Positions 1 to 8,884 are shown, numbered from the stretch's first letter. The stretch: 64,000 nt of DNA from Candidatus Peregrinibacteria bacterium (GCA_043798355.1 JAZDOT010000002.1:1160-65159); one strand, 5' to 3'. Notes: generated by a model from the letters alone, not told the origin. Numbers and translations are program-made.

Positions 1-491
1 ACATTTTTGGTCTTTTCTGAGTCTGACAGGCGATTTTGAGAGGGGGATGAATTCTGCACAATTTTGCCTTCATTCCCAAATTCAATACCATTGGATGGAA
101 CTCTGTGTGCGGCTCGTTCCAATTCGTTGGTCGGCTGGTTGCCTTGCATATGGGTTGCCGACGTTTCTACTTTCGATTGGCTGCTGTCTCCCACATTTTC
201 AGTCTTCTGGTTGTTCTTCGTGGTTTCTGAATGAAAAAGTGACTTAAGAAATACTATCAAATCAGAAATCAAAGTCCCAATTCTTGAAGAAAACGAGCCC
301 CCTTTTTTGGACAATGAGTCGGGTTCGTGAGCAGGTGACGTCTGCTTCAGGATATTCACAGCAGAAACCAGTATGGGGATTTCTTTGTCTGCTTTTGAAA
401 TGATAGCTTCCAGAGCCGGAAGGTCATTGCCCTCTATCTTTTGACTCAGTTCCGCTGTTCTGCGATGCACTTCTCTTTTCTGCTCTTCACT
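1..491 (-). CDS. Edge-truncated hypothetical ORF (about 160 N-terminal codons, continues past the left edge)
   Basis: Hand translation of the minus strand gives a stop-free frame from 479 down to base 1 (KREVHRRTAELSQKIEGNDLPALEAIISKADKEIPILVSAV...). There is an in-frame GTG at 491, directly preceded by TAA. It is absent from the ORF track because it has no stop inside the window. GC looks lower than the surroundings and I recognise no family. Confidence 0.3.
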
Positions 492-708
492 TAATGCTTG
501 TGGCTCCTCCTTTTGGGGCGTTGCTTCAGCTAAGTGCTCAGAACGATTGTTCCGCTCAATTTCTTTGGCTGAATTTGGTTTTGGAACTTCAAGCATGGTC
601 TTGTGTATATTATATCATAAGATAACCAAATCACAATGATCTGTGTCCCGATATTTCACGCTCAAAATCTCTTGCAAATCATTAAAACATACTAGACAAT
701 ACTATGCG

Positions 709-1485
709 ATGCGTAGCAAGCTCCAGTCACTCCTCCGCATGGCCGATCTCAAAGAGGAGGAAGTACAGGTGTACCTCTGGCTCCTGAAATTACAGAAGAG
801 CTCCATTCCGGAACTCCGCGCGAAGACGCACCTCCCGAACATCACGGTCTACCGCGCGGTGCAGCGGCTCGTCGGTCGGGAGCTCATCGAGCGCGAGCCG
901 GTCAACCGCAAACAATCGCTCTACAAGCCCCTCACGCTCAAGCGCCTCATTCGCAAAGTCTCCGCAGAGCAGCTGCAGCTCCGCCGCCTGGAACTGGCGC
1001 TGAAGAACCTCGACTCCTACCTTCCGTTCATGGATATGGAGCAGGAGGAGCCAGCGGAAGATATCTCCGTGCGCTTGGGGAAAGACGCCTTCAAGGAAGA
1101 GTACCTGAAGTTCCCCGAAGTGCTCGAGAATGAGTACCTGCACATCGGTAATCTCAGTAACCTCTGGAAGACGCTCGGCTTCACGTACGAGTCGCCGGAG
1201 GAGCGCGGCTTCATCCGGCGCCGCTGCGCGCGCAATCTCTTCGCGCGCGTTCTGGATGTTCCCACAGAGGATTCCCTGAAGGTGCAGGCGAATGATTCCC
1301 GGGAGAAGCGCACGCTCGTTTTCAAGGATCGGATCCCCATCAAGGAGGACTTCCTCCTCATCGGCGAGAAGCAGGTCGGTCACTTCGTCTGCAATTCCGA
1401 TGCTCCGCGCGTGATCATCATGAAGAGTCCCACCCTCCTCGCTCTGCATCATGACTATTTCGAAAAGCTGTGGAAGAGTGCGTAG
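709..1485 (+). CDS. TrmB-like winged-helix transcriptional regulator (paralog 1 of 3)
   Basis: The N-terminus LKEEEVQVYLWLLKLQKSSIPELRAKTHLPNITVYRAVQRLVGRELIERE is a TrmB/MarR-type wHTH. It has the same size and the same C-terminal DYFE.LWK ending as the ORFs at 23694 and 51708. ATG 709 is preferred over GTG 643 by alignment with those paralogs. Confidence 0.75.
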   Translation: MRSKLQSLLRMADLKEEEVQVYLWLLKLQKSSIPELRAKTHLPNITVYRAVQRLVGRELIEREPVNRKQSLYKPLTLKRLIRKVSAEQLQLRRLELALKNLDSYLPFMDMEQEEPAEDISVRLGKDAFKEEYLKFPEVLENEYLHIGNLSNLWKTLGFTYESPEERGFIRRRCARNLFARVLDVPTEDSLKVQANDSREKRTLVFKDRIPIKEDFLLIGEKQVGHFVCNSDAPRVIIMKSPTLLALHHDYFEKLWKSA

Positions 1486-1621
1486 AAAAGATTTTTTCGG
1501 CGTATGAAAAATGCTGATACTCATTTGTGAGCTTCTGGAAGGAAAAAACACCAATTCAATACCCATCATCCGGCATCTCTTTGAGTTCTTCCGTTTCCGT
1601 GCGCACGATAGGGGCAAGGCA

Positions 1622-3298
1622 ATGGACTGCACATGTGCCATGACCGGCCAATCGTTCACCGTCACGGACGAAGAGCTCGCATTCTTGCGACAGGTTTCAC
1701 CGGTGATTGCCGACAAAACGTTTCTGATTCCCCCTCCTCAACTCTGTCCCGATTGCAGACAGCAGAGAAGGCTCACGTACAGGAATGAGCGGACGTTCTA
1801 CCGGCGGACATGCAGTCAGTGCGGCAGGAACATCCTCGCGCTCTATCCGGCGGATGCCCCCTGTCCGGTGTTCTGCGACACCTGCTACTGGGGAGACCGA
1901 TGGGATCCGCTGCAGTACGGTTTTCCATTCGACCCTTCGCAGCCGTTTTTCACGCAGTTCGCCGTTCTCCAGCGTACCGTTCCACACCTCTTCTTCTCCT
2001 CAACGAATTCCGAGAACAGCGAGTACTGCAACCACGTGAGTTTCATGAAGAACTGCTACCTCGTCCACGGGTCCATGCACTCGCAGAACTGCTACTACTC
2101 GACGCGCGCCTTCCGGTGCAGCGATTGCATGGATTGCCTTTTTATCAATGACTGCGAACTCTGCTACGAATGCGTGAATTGCGATGAGTGTTACGACGTG
2201 CGTCACGCTTATCATTGCCAGGGATGTCACACGTCTTGCTGGATTCAACACTGCCACGCGAGCAGGGATCTCCTCTTCTGCGTCAACCGCCGGCAGGCGC
2301 AGTACCAGATTCTCAATCAGCAGAAGACGCGCGGAGAATATGAGCGGATCAAGGGGGAGATCGATGCATCTCCCGAGGCGCAAAAACGCTTCCTCGCGGA
2401 CTTCCAGCATCTTCTGCTCGACTCTCCCATTCCATCGAGGATCGTGGACCTGGCGGAAGCCTGTACGGGAAACTACATCCGGCAGTGTCGCAGTTGCCAT
2501 CACGTCTTCGATGCGCAGAAGTGCCAGAACGTGCGTTTCGGCTTCGATACGGAAGCGATGAACGATTGTCAGGACATCTACTCCGTCTACGGCCCCGGCG
2601 AACTCTGCTACGAACTTTATTCCGCAAATAACGCGCACTCTACGCTCTTCAGCCATGACTGCTGGCCTGCGGAGGATCTCCTGTACTGCGATCACTGCTT
2701 CGGATGCTCGAAGTGTTTCGGATGTCTGGGATTGCACAAAAAATCGTATTGCATCCTGAACAGGCAATACACGAAAGAAGAGTACGAAGCATTGACGCCG
2801 CGCATCATTGAGCACATGCAACATGGGAAGGAATTCGGGGAGTTCTTCCCGGCCAAGCACTCACCATTCGCCTACAACGAGACACCCGCACAGGAATACT
2901 TTCCGATGACGAGGGGGGCGGTCGAACAGCGCGGTTGGGCTTTTCGAGAGCAGAGAGACGAGATGCCGAATGTATCCAGAGTGATCCGGTCCACGCGATT
3001 GCCGGTACAGATCGAGGATGTTCCCGATGACATCCTCAACTGGGCAGTCGAATGCGAAGTGACCAAACGCCCGTTCAAGATCATCAAACAAGAATTGGAT
3101 TTCTACCGGAAGATGCATGTACCCGTTCCGCATGTTCATCCGGATGAACGTCACCGTCGGCGCATGAACCTGCGCAATCCCCGTAAGTTGTGGAATCGCC
3201 AATGTGCCAACTGCCAAAAGCCAATAGCTACGAGCTATTCTCCGGACAGGCCTGAGACGGTGTATTGCGAGGAGTGTTACCTGAAGGAAGTCTACTGA
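1622..3298 (+). CDS. Cysteine-rich double zinc-ribbon protein, paralog P1 (family not recognised)
   Basis: ATG at 1622 aligns with the N-termini of the paralogs (MDCTCAMTGQSFTVTDEELAFL...LCPDCRQQRR...RNERTFYRRTC). The centre is Cys-dense (CELCYECVNCDECY, CDHCFGCSKCFGCLG). The C-terminus is RPFKIIKQELDFYRKM..PHVHPDERHRRR..RNPRKLW.RQC..C...RPETVYCEECYLKEVY. Confidence 0.85.
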   Translation: MDCTCAMTGQSFTVTDEELAFLRQVSPVIADKTFLIPPPQLCPDCRQQRRLTYRNERTFYRRTCSQCGRNILALYPADAPCPVFCDTCYWGDRWDPLQYGFPFDPSQPFFTQFAVLQRTVPHLFFSSTNSENSEYCNHVSFMKNCYLVHGSMHSQNCYYSTRAFRCSDCMDCLFINDCELCYECVNCDECYDVRHAYHCQGCHTSCWIQHCHASRDLLFCVNRRQAQYQILNQQKTRGEYERIKGEIDASPEAQKRFLADFQHLLLDSPIPSRIVDLAEACTGNYIRQCRSCHHVFDAQKCQNVRFGFDTEAMNDCQDIYSVYGPGELCYELYSANNAHSTLFSHDCWPAEDLLYCDHCFGCSKCFGCLGLHKKSYCILNRQYTKEEYEALTPRIIEHMQHGKEFGEFFPAKHSPFAYNETPAQEYFPMTRGAVEQRGWAFREQRDEMPNVSRVIRSTRLPVQIEDVPDDILNWAVECEVTKRPFKIIKQELDFYRKMHVPVPHVHPDERHRRRMNLRNPRKLWNRQCANCQKPIATSYSPDRPETVYCEECYLKEVY

Positions 3299-3304
3299 AG
3301 ATTT

Positions 3305-3635
3305 TTCCTCTCCCCCAGACCCCTCCCCGCCCAACCTACACGCCTACCCGGGGAGGGGAGCACGCTTTCCACATTGCATAGTGCATGTGTAGAACGGTGC
3401 GCATATTTCATGAATGTTGATTCCTTGATACCCTGCGCTTAGCCTGCAGGCGTAGCGCAGGCACCTTGTCGTAGTCGACGTGCAGGGTCGGATGCCCTGC
3501 ACTGTCGAAATCGGATTCACTCACGGTACATGAGCGGATCATCGTATTCTTTCGCGAGAGGTGATCAAGCAGTCTCCCCCTCCCCGTGCGGGCAGCGCCG
3601 CGGGGCGGGGAGGGGGCGCATAGGGGGGAGAGGAA
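3305..3635. mobile_element. MITE-like palindromic element, copy 1 (C-run/G-run terminal inverted repeats)
   Basis: The left end cctctcccccagacccctccccgccc is the inverse complement of the right end ggggcggggagggggcgcataggggggagagg. Each end also carries its own CCCCTCCCC...GGGGAGGGG hairpin. About 70 nt at each end match the copy at 19861-20056. It starts 6 nt after the P1 stop codon. Confidence 0.7.
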
Positions 3636-3707
3636 GATCAAGGGAAGCCCCAAATCAGCCACGGAACCCGTTTACTCAAGACCTAAAATAAGGGATAATA
3701 GCTGGAG

Positions 3708-5948
3708 ATGGCCGGACTGCGTTATCTCCACATCATCGTGCCGCAGGGGACGGCGGGGGAGAAGAAGCTGGAGGTCAAGTTCCAGGATCTTCTCGTGAGC
3801 CTGCGCAATACCGTGACGGGTGTGCGGTTTTCGTTCGAATACCTCGGCTACGAGCAGTACACGTACTTCTACGCGGTCATGGAGGAGAAATATATGGAGA
3901 CGATCGAGGGTCTCATCTATGCGACTTTCCCCGATGCCGAGATCCGCGAAACGAAGGATTATGCCGCCTCCCTCGATCCGGCAAGGCATGCATTTGCCGG
4001 ATGCGAGCTTTATCCCAAGGAGAGTGACGTGTATCCCATCAAGACGTACGACAAATTCGAGGAGGACAGCATGTCGCGGCTCTTCTCGGTCCTCTCCAAA
4101 ATAGACAGCGGCGAGCAGGTGTGGGTGCAGATCATCTCGGAACCCAGAGCGGACAACGCCGCCTACCACTTTTTCCACAACCTACGCTTCCGGATCGCCG
4201 GATTCCTGAAGTTCTTCTCCCCGCGGGATCACTTGCGCAAGGAGGGGTACCGAGGCATCCAGGCCGTCCGCGCGAAGGCGGCGCACGCGAAGGACGAGAC
4301 GAAGCCGTACGAAGTCTCCATCCGCTGCGCGTATCTTTCGAAGAATTTCGAAGAGGCGAAGCGGAAGCTCACGGCGGTACAGAACAGCTTCTACCACTTC
4401 AACGATTCCGATATCAACGGGTTCACCTCCTCACGCTCAACCAATGCGGATTCTTTCCTGAAGAGGTACCGCGCGCGCGGGCACGCGAAGAAATTTGTTC
4501 TGAGTTCGATGGAACTGGCCACAATCTTCCACTTCCCGAATGCTGACTACGTGCATCACATCGTGCACGTCCTCGCGCGCAAGTCCGATCCTCCGCAGGA
4601 CCTCCCGCGGGCCGGTGAGAAGGAAGTGAGCACGTTCGGCATCACCAATTACCACAATAACTTCGTGAAGTTTGGCATCCGCCTCGAGGATCGCCGACGC
4701 CATCTCTACGTCGTCGGAAAATCGGGCGTGGGGAAATCGAAGCTCCTCGAACTCCTCATCCACGAGGATCTCGACCGCGGGCGCGGGGTGGCCGTACTCG
4801 ATCCGCACGGGGACCTCGTTGATAACGTTCTCCGGTTCGTTCCGAAGCACCGCATCGACGACGTCGTCCTCTTCGACCCGTCCGACACGGAGTTCCCCAT
4901 CGCCTTCAACCCGCTCGAGCAGGTGGAGGATGCCTACAAGATGCAGCTCACCATCGGCTTCCTCGACATCTTCAAGAAGCTCTTCGGCGATAACTGGACG
5001 TACCGTCTCGAGCACGTGTTGCGCTATACCACGCTCGCGCTCCTCGACAGCCCGAATACCACGGTGCTCTCGATCCTGAAGATGCTTAATGACAAGAACT
5101 ACCGCCAGAAGATCGTGGCGCGCATCCAGGACAACGTCGTGAAGAGCTTCTGGGTCTCGGAGTTCGCCGCGTGGAGCGAAAAGTTCGATGCCGAGGCCAT
5201 CACGCCGCTCCTCAACAAGGTCGGTCAGTTCGTGGCGACGAACATGATTCGCAACATCATCGGACAGAGTGACACGAAGTTCAAAATCCGCGACATCATG
5301 GACGGGAAGAAGATCCTGCTCATGAAGGTGTCGAAAGGACTCCTGGGAGAGGAGAACTCGTCGCTTCTCGGCTCCATGATCATCACGAAGATGTACCAGG
5401 CGGCCATGAGCCGCGCGGACGTTCTCGAGGAGCAGCGCTCTGACTTCTACTTCTACGTGGATGAGTTCCAGAACTTCGCGACGGATACCTTCTACGAGAT
5501 TCTCTCCGAGGCGCGCAAGTATCACCTCAATCTGACCATCGCCCATCAGTACATGGGGCAACTCTCAAGCAAGATCCGCCAGACGGTCTTCGGCAACGTG
5601 GGGTCCATGATCAGTTTCCGCGTGGGGGCGGAGGATGCGACGGTGCTCGAGAAGGAGTACGAGCCGATCTTCAAGGAACGCGACATCATCAACCTCGGTG
5701 TGCGTGAGTTCTACATCAAGATGTCGGTGAAAGGGGAGAGCCGCGATCCGTTCTCCGGCCGGACGGTGGATGTCCCGAAAGTCACGGCGGATCACTCCAG
5801 CGAGATCCGTGCGCTCTCGCGGGCGAAGTACTGCCAGGCGAAGCAGAAGGTGGAAGAGACCCTGAAGAAGTGGGACGAGGCTGCCAGTGCTCCGCCGAAG
5901 GAGGGTGAAGTGGATACGGAAGAGCAGTTCGACGAACCGATTATCTAG
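3708..5948 (+). CDS. VirD4/TraD (type IV coupling protein)-like HerA/FtsK-superfamily P-loop ATPase
   Basis: Walker A is YVVGKSGVGKSKLLE and Walker B is FYFYVDEFQNFA, followed by AHQYMGQL, as in TraG/TraD/VirD4-type ATPases. An N-terminal domain of about 330 aa has no obvious TM helices. Confidence 0.7.
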   Translation: MAGLRYLHIIVPQGTAGEKKLEVKFQDLLVSLRNTVTGVRFSFEYLGYEQYTYFYAVMEEKYMETIEGLIYATFPDAEIRETKDYAASLDPARHAFAGCELYPKESDVYPIKTYDKFEEDSMSRLFSVLSKIDSGEQVWVQIISEPRADNAAYHFFHNLRFRIAGFLKFFSPRDHLRKEGYRGIQAVRAKAAHAKDETKPYEVSIRCAYLSKNFEEAKRKLTAVQNSFYHFNDSDINGFTSSRSTNADSFLKRYRARGHAKKFVLSSMELATIFHFPNADYVHHIVHVLARKSDPPQDLPRAGEKEVSTFGITNYHNNFVKFGIRLEDRRRHLYVVGKSGVGKSKLLELLIHEDLDRGRGVAVLDPHGDLVDNVLRFVPKHRIDDVVLFDPSDTEFPIAFNPLEQVEDAYKMQLTIGFLDIFKKLFGDNWTYRLEHVLRYTTLALLDSPNTTVLSILKMLNDKNYRQKIVARIQDNVVKSFWVSEFAAWSEKFDAEAITPLLNKVGQFVATNMIRNIIGQSDTKFKIRDIMDGKKILLMKVSKGLLGEENSSLLGSMIITKMYQAAMSRADVLEEQRSDFYFYVDEFQNFATDTFYEILSEARKYHLNLTIAHQYMGQLSSKIRQTVFGNVGSMISFRVGAEDATVLEKEYEPIFKERDIINLGVREFYIKMSVKGESRDPFSGRTVDVPKVTADHSSEIRALSRAKYCQAKQKVEETLKKWDEAASAPPKEGEVDTEEQFDEPII

Positions 5949-5981
5949 GGATTAGGATTAGGATTAGGGTTAGGGTTAGGG
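5949..5981 (+). repeat. Hexamer tandem array (ATTAGG x3, GTTAGG x2; TTAGGG-like)
   Basis: gggattaggattaggattagggttagggttaggg begins at the TAG stop of the preceding gene. Confidence 0.9.
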
Positions 5982-6018
5982 CGAAGAAGAGCCCGAGTGG
6001 ATCATGGAAAATGCAAAA

Positions 6019-6043
6019 ATACCACATACCACATACCACATAC
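6019..6043. repeat. Heptamer tandem array (ATACCAC x3.5)
   Basis: ataccacataccacataccacatac abuts the stop codon (6044-6046) of the convergent minus-strand gene. Confidence 0.9.
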
Positions 6044-6697
6044 TTATTCCGGCTTTCTCAGAAACCAGATTCCCACGTAACTCAAGGGCGTGTAGACGAT
6101 GCCCATGCCGACCTTGAAGAGCCACCACGGGATCATGATGAGGATGATGGTTTTCACGGGGTACACGCCGACGAAAGCAATGGCCATCCAGATGGAAGTA
6201 TCGATGAGCTGTCCCCAGAGGTTCGAGAGGTTGGAGCGTAGCCAGAAGAATCTCCCGCCCAACTTCGCCTTGAGGAAGAAGAACGAGAAGACGTCCTGAT
6301 ACTCTCCGACGATGAAGGCAACCAGCGAGGCGACGGTGAAGCGGAACGAGAGGCTGAAAATCTGGTTGTATGCCTCCGGCATGAGAAAATCTTTCGATGT
6401 GGGCATCACGTTCGAGAGCAGATTGAAGCCGAGGAAGACGACGAGGCTCCAGAAGCCCATTTGGACGAAGAGCCGCGCCATCTTCTTGCCGTAGACTTCG
6501 CCGATGACATCGGTCGTGAGGAAGACGAGCGGGAAGGCGAAGATGGCCGTCGAGAGGTGCGTAGAGAAGAGGAACGGCATCAGCTTGATGCCGACGGTGT
6601 TCGATGCGAAGAGGGACGTGAGGTACAGGGTCAGGACGAGGACCATTTTGTAGTCCATGGGGCGCTGCGGCTCGGAAGGGGAGGGGGGAGTGGGCAT
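6044..6697 (-). CDS. YhhQ/DUF165 (VUT family) queuosine-precursor transporter-like membrane protein
   Basis: Polytopic membrane protein with FPLVFLTTDVIGEVYGKKMARLFV and GEYQDVFSFFFLK motifs typical of YhhQ-like proteins. The start could instead be the Met at 6658. Confidence 0.65.
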   Translation of the reverse strand: MPTPPSPSEPQRPMDYKMVLVLTLYLTSLFASNTVGIKLMPFLFSTHLSTAIFAFPLVFLTTDVIGEVYGKKMARLFVQMGFWSLVVFLGFNLLSNVMPTSKDFLMPEAYNQIFSLSFRFTVASLVAFIVGEYQDVFSFFFLKAKLGGRFFWLRSNLSNLWGQLIDTSIWMAIAFVGVYPVKTIILIMIPWWLFKVGMGIVYTPLSYVGIWFLRKPE

Positions 6698-6786
6698 GGG
6701 GACAGTGTAACGAGTTTCCTGATTCTGAAAAGCACATAAAAAGCGCCCCGTACTACGGAGGCGCTTTCCATTGGACGATCTGAAAA

Positions 6787-6957
6787 CTAAAGATCCTCCG
6801 GGCGGACCGTCTTGCGGCCGTTGGCCTTGGCGCGGGCGACAGCCTTCTTCACGCCCTCCTCGACGACACCGCTCACAGCATCCGCAAGATCACCAGAAGA
6901 CATCATGTTGAGCTTCTTAATGAGCTCCTTCAGCTTCGAAGCAACGACGTAACTCAT
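6787..6957 (-). CDS. Short histone-fold protein (bacterial histone / DUF1931-like), 56 aa
   Basis: Hand translation gives MSYVVASKLKELIKKLNMMSSGDLADAVSGVVEEGVKKAVARAKANGRKTVRPEDL*. The ending A.A...GRKTV...D(L/I) is the L2/alpha3 signature of the histone fold (compare HMfB ARHAGRKTIKAEDI and H4 KRKTVTAMDV). It is below the 60-aa cutoff of the ORF track and sits in an otherwise ORF-free gap. Confidence 0.6.
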   Translation of the reverse strand: MSYVVASKLKELIKKLNMMSSGDLADAVSGVVEEGVKKAVARAKANGRKTVRPEDL

Positions 6958-7282
6958 GGGAGAGTGGGTAAAAAGATAAAAAGCTTCGCGATTCTACGCA
7001 GGCGGGATTGCTCTGCGCAAGTGATTTTGTGAACTTACGGGCGAATCGGGCAAAAATGTGCAATTGACGGATGGCGGTTTCCTATGTGAAGAGCTTTTCT
7101 GCGTGATTGTCAGCGGTGCATGATAAGCCATCAGCCTCCCCACTTTGCGCACTGCGCTCCGCGGGGCATGTCAGCCTTTAGCCATGAGCGACAGGTGAAC
7201 GATAGCGTGTTTCATTGGGTTCTCGCCGATGATCGAAGGGGGATAGAGTATGCTTCACTCGTCACTGTGGCATACTTCCTTC

Positions 7283-8884
7283 ATGGCAGTCGTCCAATGC
7301 GCAGTTTCGGGGGAATCGTTCACCGTTTCCGATGCTGAGCGGGGCCTGCGCGAGAAATTCGGTTTCGGGGACAGCCTGCCTTCGGTGAAGATCAAATACC
7401 GTTTCCGCGAACTGGGGGCATTCTGGCCGCACTGGAACCTCCATCCGCGCACGTGTGACAAGACCGGGAAAACCATCATCTCCATCTTCCGTCCCGATTG
7501 CCCCTATCCCGTCTGGGACAGAGCCGTTTGGGTGAAGGACGCGAATCCGCCGAGTGCGGAATTCTCAAATTCCCGCAGTTTTTTCGAGCAGGCATGGGAC
7601 CTCTTCCGCCGCTGCCCCCTTCCGCACAATTTTCAGAGCCACAATGAGAACAGCGAGTACACCGATGATTTCTATTCCCAGCAGAGTCAGCTCTGCAGCG
7701 ATCTCGTGCACTCCAACAATTGCTACAGTACGATTTACGCTCTGTACTGCCAAAATGTACAGGACTCAGCATTTCTGTACGATTGCCGCAGATGCGCGCA
7801 CTGTCTGTTCTGCACGAATCTGCGGGACAAGCAGTTTTGTTTCGAGAACAAGCAACTCACGCAAGAGGAATACGCGGACAAAATATCGGGATGGAATCTG
7901 CGATCACGCCAGGATTTCAAGCGGGCGAAAGATCACCTCCATGCATTGATACTCGAGCAGGGCTGGCACAGAGCCGTCCACGTTGATCACTGTGAGAACA
8001 CGCAGGGGAACTATCTGATGCACTGCAAGAATTGCGAAGACTGCTTCATTTCACCATGGCATGAGGATTGCGTTCATGATCTCATCTCGGGCCACCATGC
8101 GAAACTCACACTCGATTCGATGGGCACGATTGGCAGCGAACTGTCGTACCATTCCGTGATGGACGTGTACTGCTACGGGATTCGATTTTCTTTCGAGCTC
8201 AACGAATGTAAATCGTGCGATTACTGTGCCTACTGCTTCAACTGCAGAGACTGCTTCGGCTGCTGCGGCCTCTTCGGAAAGCGGTACTGTATCCTCAACA
8301 GACAGTACACGGAACAGGAGTATCGATCCTTGAAAGAGAACGTCATCGCACACATGCAACGCACCCCACTTCGCCCCCCTTCGGGGAGCTACGAGGGGCA
8401 AGCAGTGGAGTGGGGGAGTTTCTTCCCCGGACACTTCGCTCCGAATCCGTACGACGAGAGCTGTTCAGGTTTCAATTTCCCTCTCTCATTACAGGAACAG
8501 AGAACTCTCGGTTTCCGGGCAGCGGAAAAGCTGGAACGAAAGACCGAGAACATGCAGTCCATGGATCGTATTCCCGATTCCGTCGATGCGTTGCGACCTG
8601 CCGATGAATCGTCGATCACCGCCACGGTGTTCTGGGACGATGCATTTGAGAGACCGTTCAAGATCACAAAAGAAGACATCGCGGCTTCCCGGAAGCTCGG
8701 TATCCCGCTCCCCTCCGGGTACTACATCAAGCGCATGCAGGAAAATCTCCGTTGGATGCCGTGTGACGGGGAACTGCGGGAAACTCTATGCGGGAAGTGC
8801 GGTTGCACCGTTCTCACGAGCTGGCCGAGTGCTTTTGACAGCCGGATTCTCTGCGAGGAGGATTACCTGAAGGTGGTGATGTAG
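7283..8884 (+). CDS. Cysteine-rich double zinc-ribbon protein, paralog P2 (most divergent)
   Basis: It shares NENSEYT, the CxxC-rich core (CKSCDYCAYCFNCRDCFGCCGLFGKRYCILNRQYTEQEY) and RPFKITKEDI with the family. Several Cys of the terminal ribbons are lost (SVKIKYRFRE in place of LCPxCRxQRR). ATG at 7283. Confidence 0.8.
   Translation: MAVVQCAVSGESFTVSDAERGLREKFGFGDSLPSVKIKYRFRELGAFWPHWNLHPRTCDKTGKTIISIFRPDCPYPVWDRAVWVKDANPPSAEFSNSRSFFEQAWDLFRRCPLPHNFQSHNENSEYTDDFYSQQSQLCSDLVHSNNCYSTIYALYCQNVQDSAFLYDCRRCAHCLFCTNLRDKQFCFENKQLTQEEYADKISGWNLRSRQDFKRAKDHLHALILEQGWHRAVHVDHCENTQGNYLMHCKNCEDCFISPWHEDCVHDLISGHHAKLTLDSMGTIGSELSYHSVMDVYCYGIRFSFELNECKSCDYCAYCFNCRDCFGCCGLFGKRYCILNRQYTEQEYRSLKENVIAHMQRTPLRPPSGSYEGQAVEWGSFFPGHFAPNPYDESCSGFNFPLSLQEQRTLGFRAAEKLERKTENMQSMDRIPDSVDALRPADESSITATVFWDDAFERPFKITKEDIAASRKLGIPLPSGYYIKRMQENLRWMPCDGELRETLCGKCGCTVLTSWPSAFDSRILCEEDYLKVVM

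Noticed and set aside
47-247. 66-aa plus-strand ORF at the left edge.
   Set aside because: It has a Cys/Leu-rich, improbable composition and lies opposite the stop-free minus-strand frame, which looks more protein-like.
790-1716. Long antisense ORFs from the track. Examples are 790-1716(-), 2000-2860(-), 4437-5561(-), 5976-6737(-), 20979-21650(+), 22392-23660(+), 25941-27260(+), 27190-28293(+), 28712-29395(-), 31308-32213(+), 32303-33202(-), 34405-35151(-), 35538-36584(-), 38860-39723(-), 40730-41317(-), 43068-43826(-), 53803-55632(+) and 62116-62859(+).
   Set aside because: Each lies opposite a gene with clear family signatures. Their translations are Arg/Ala/Gly/Pro-rich and low-complexity, as expected for shadow ORFs in GC-rich coding DNA.
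3408-3662. 84-aa ORF inside MITE-like copy 1.
   Set aside because: It spans the G-rich terminal repeat (giving Pro/Arg/Gly-rich translation), is absent from copy 2 and has no recognisable domain.
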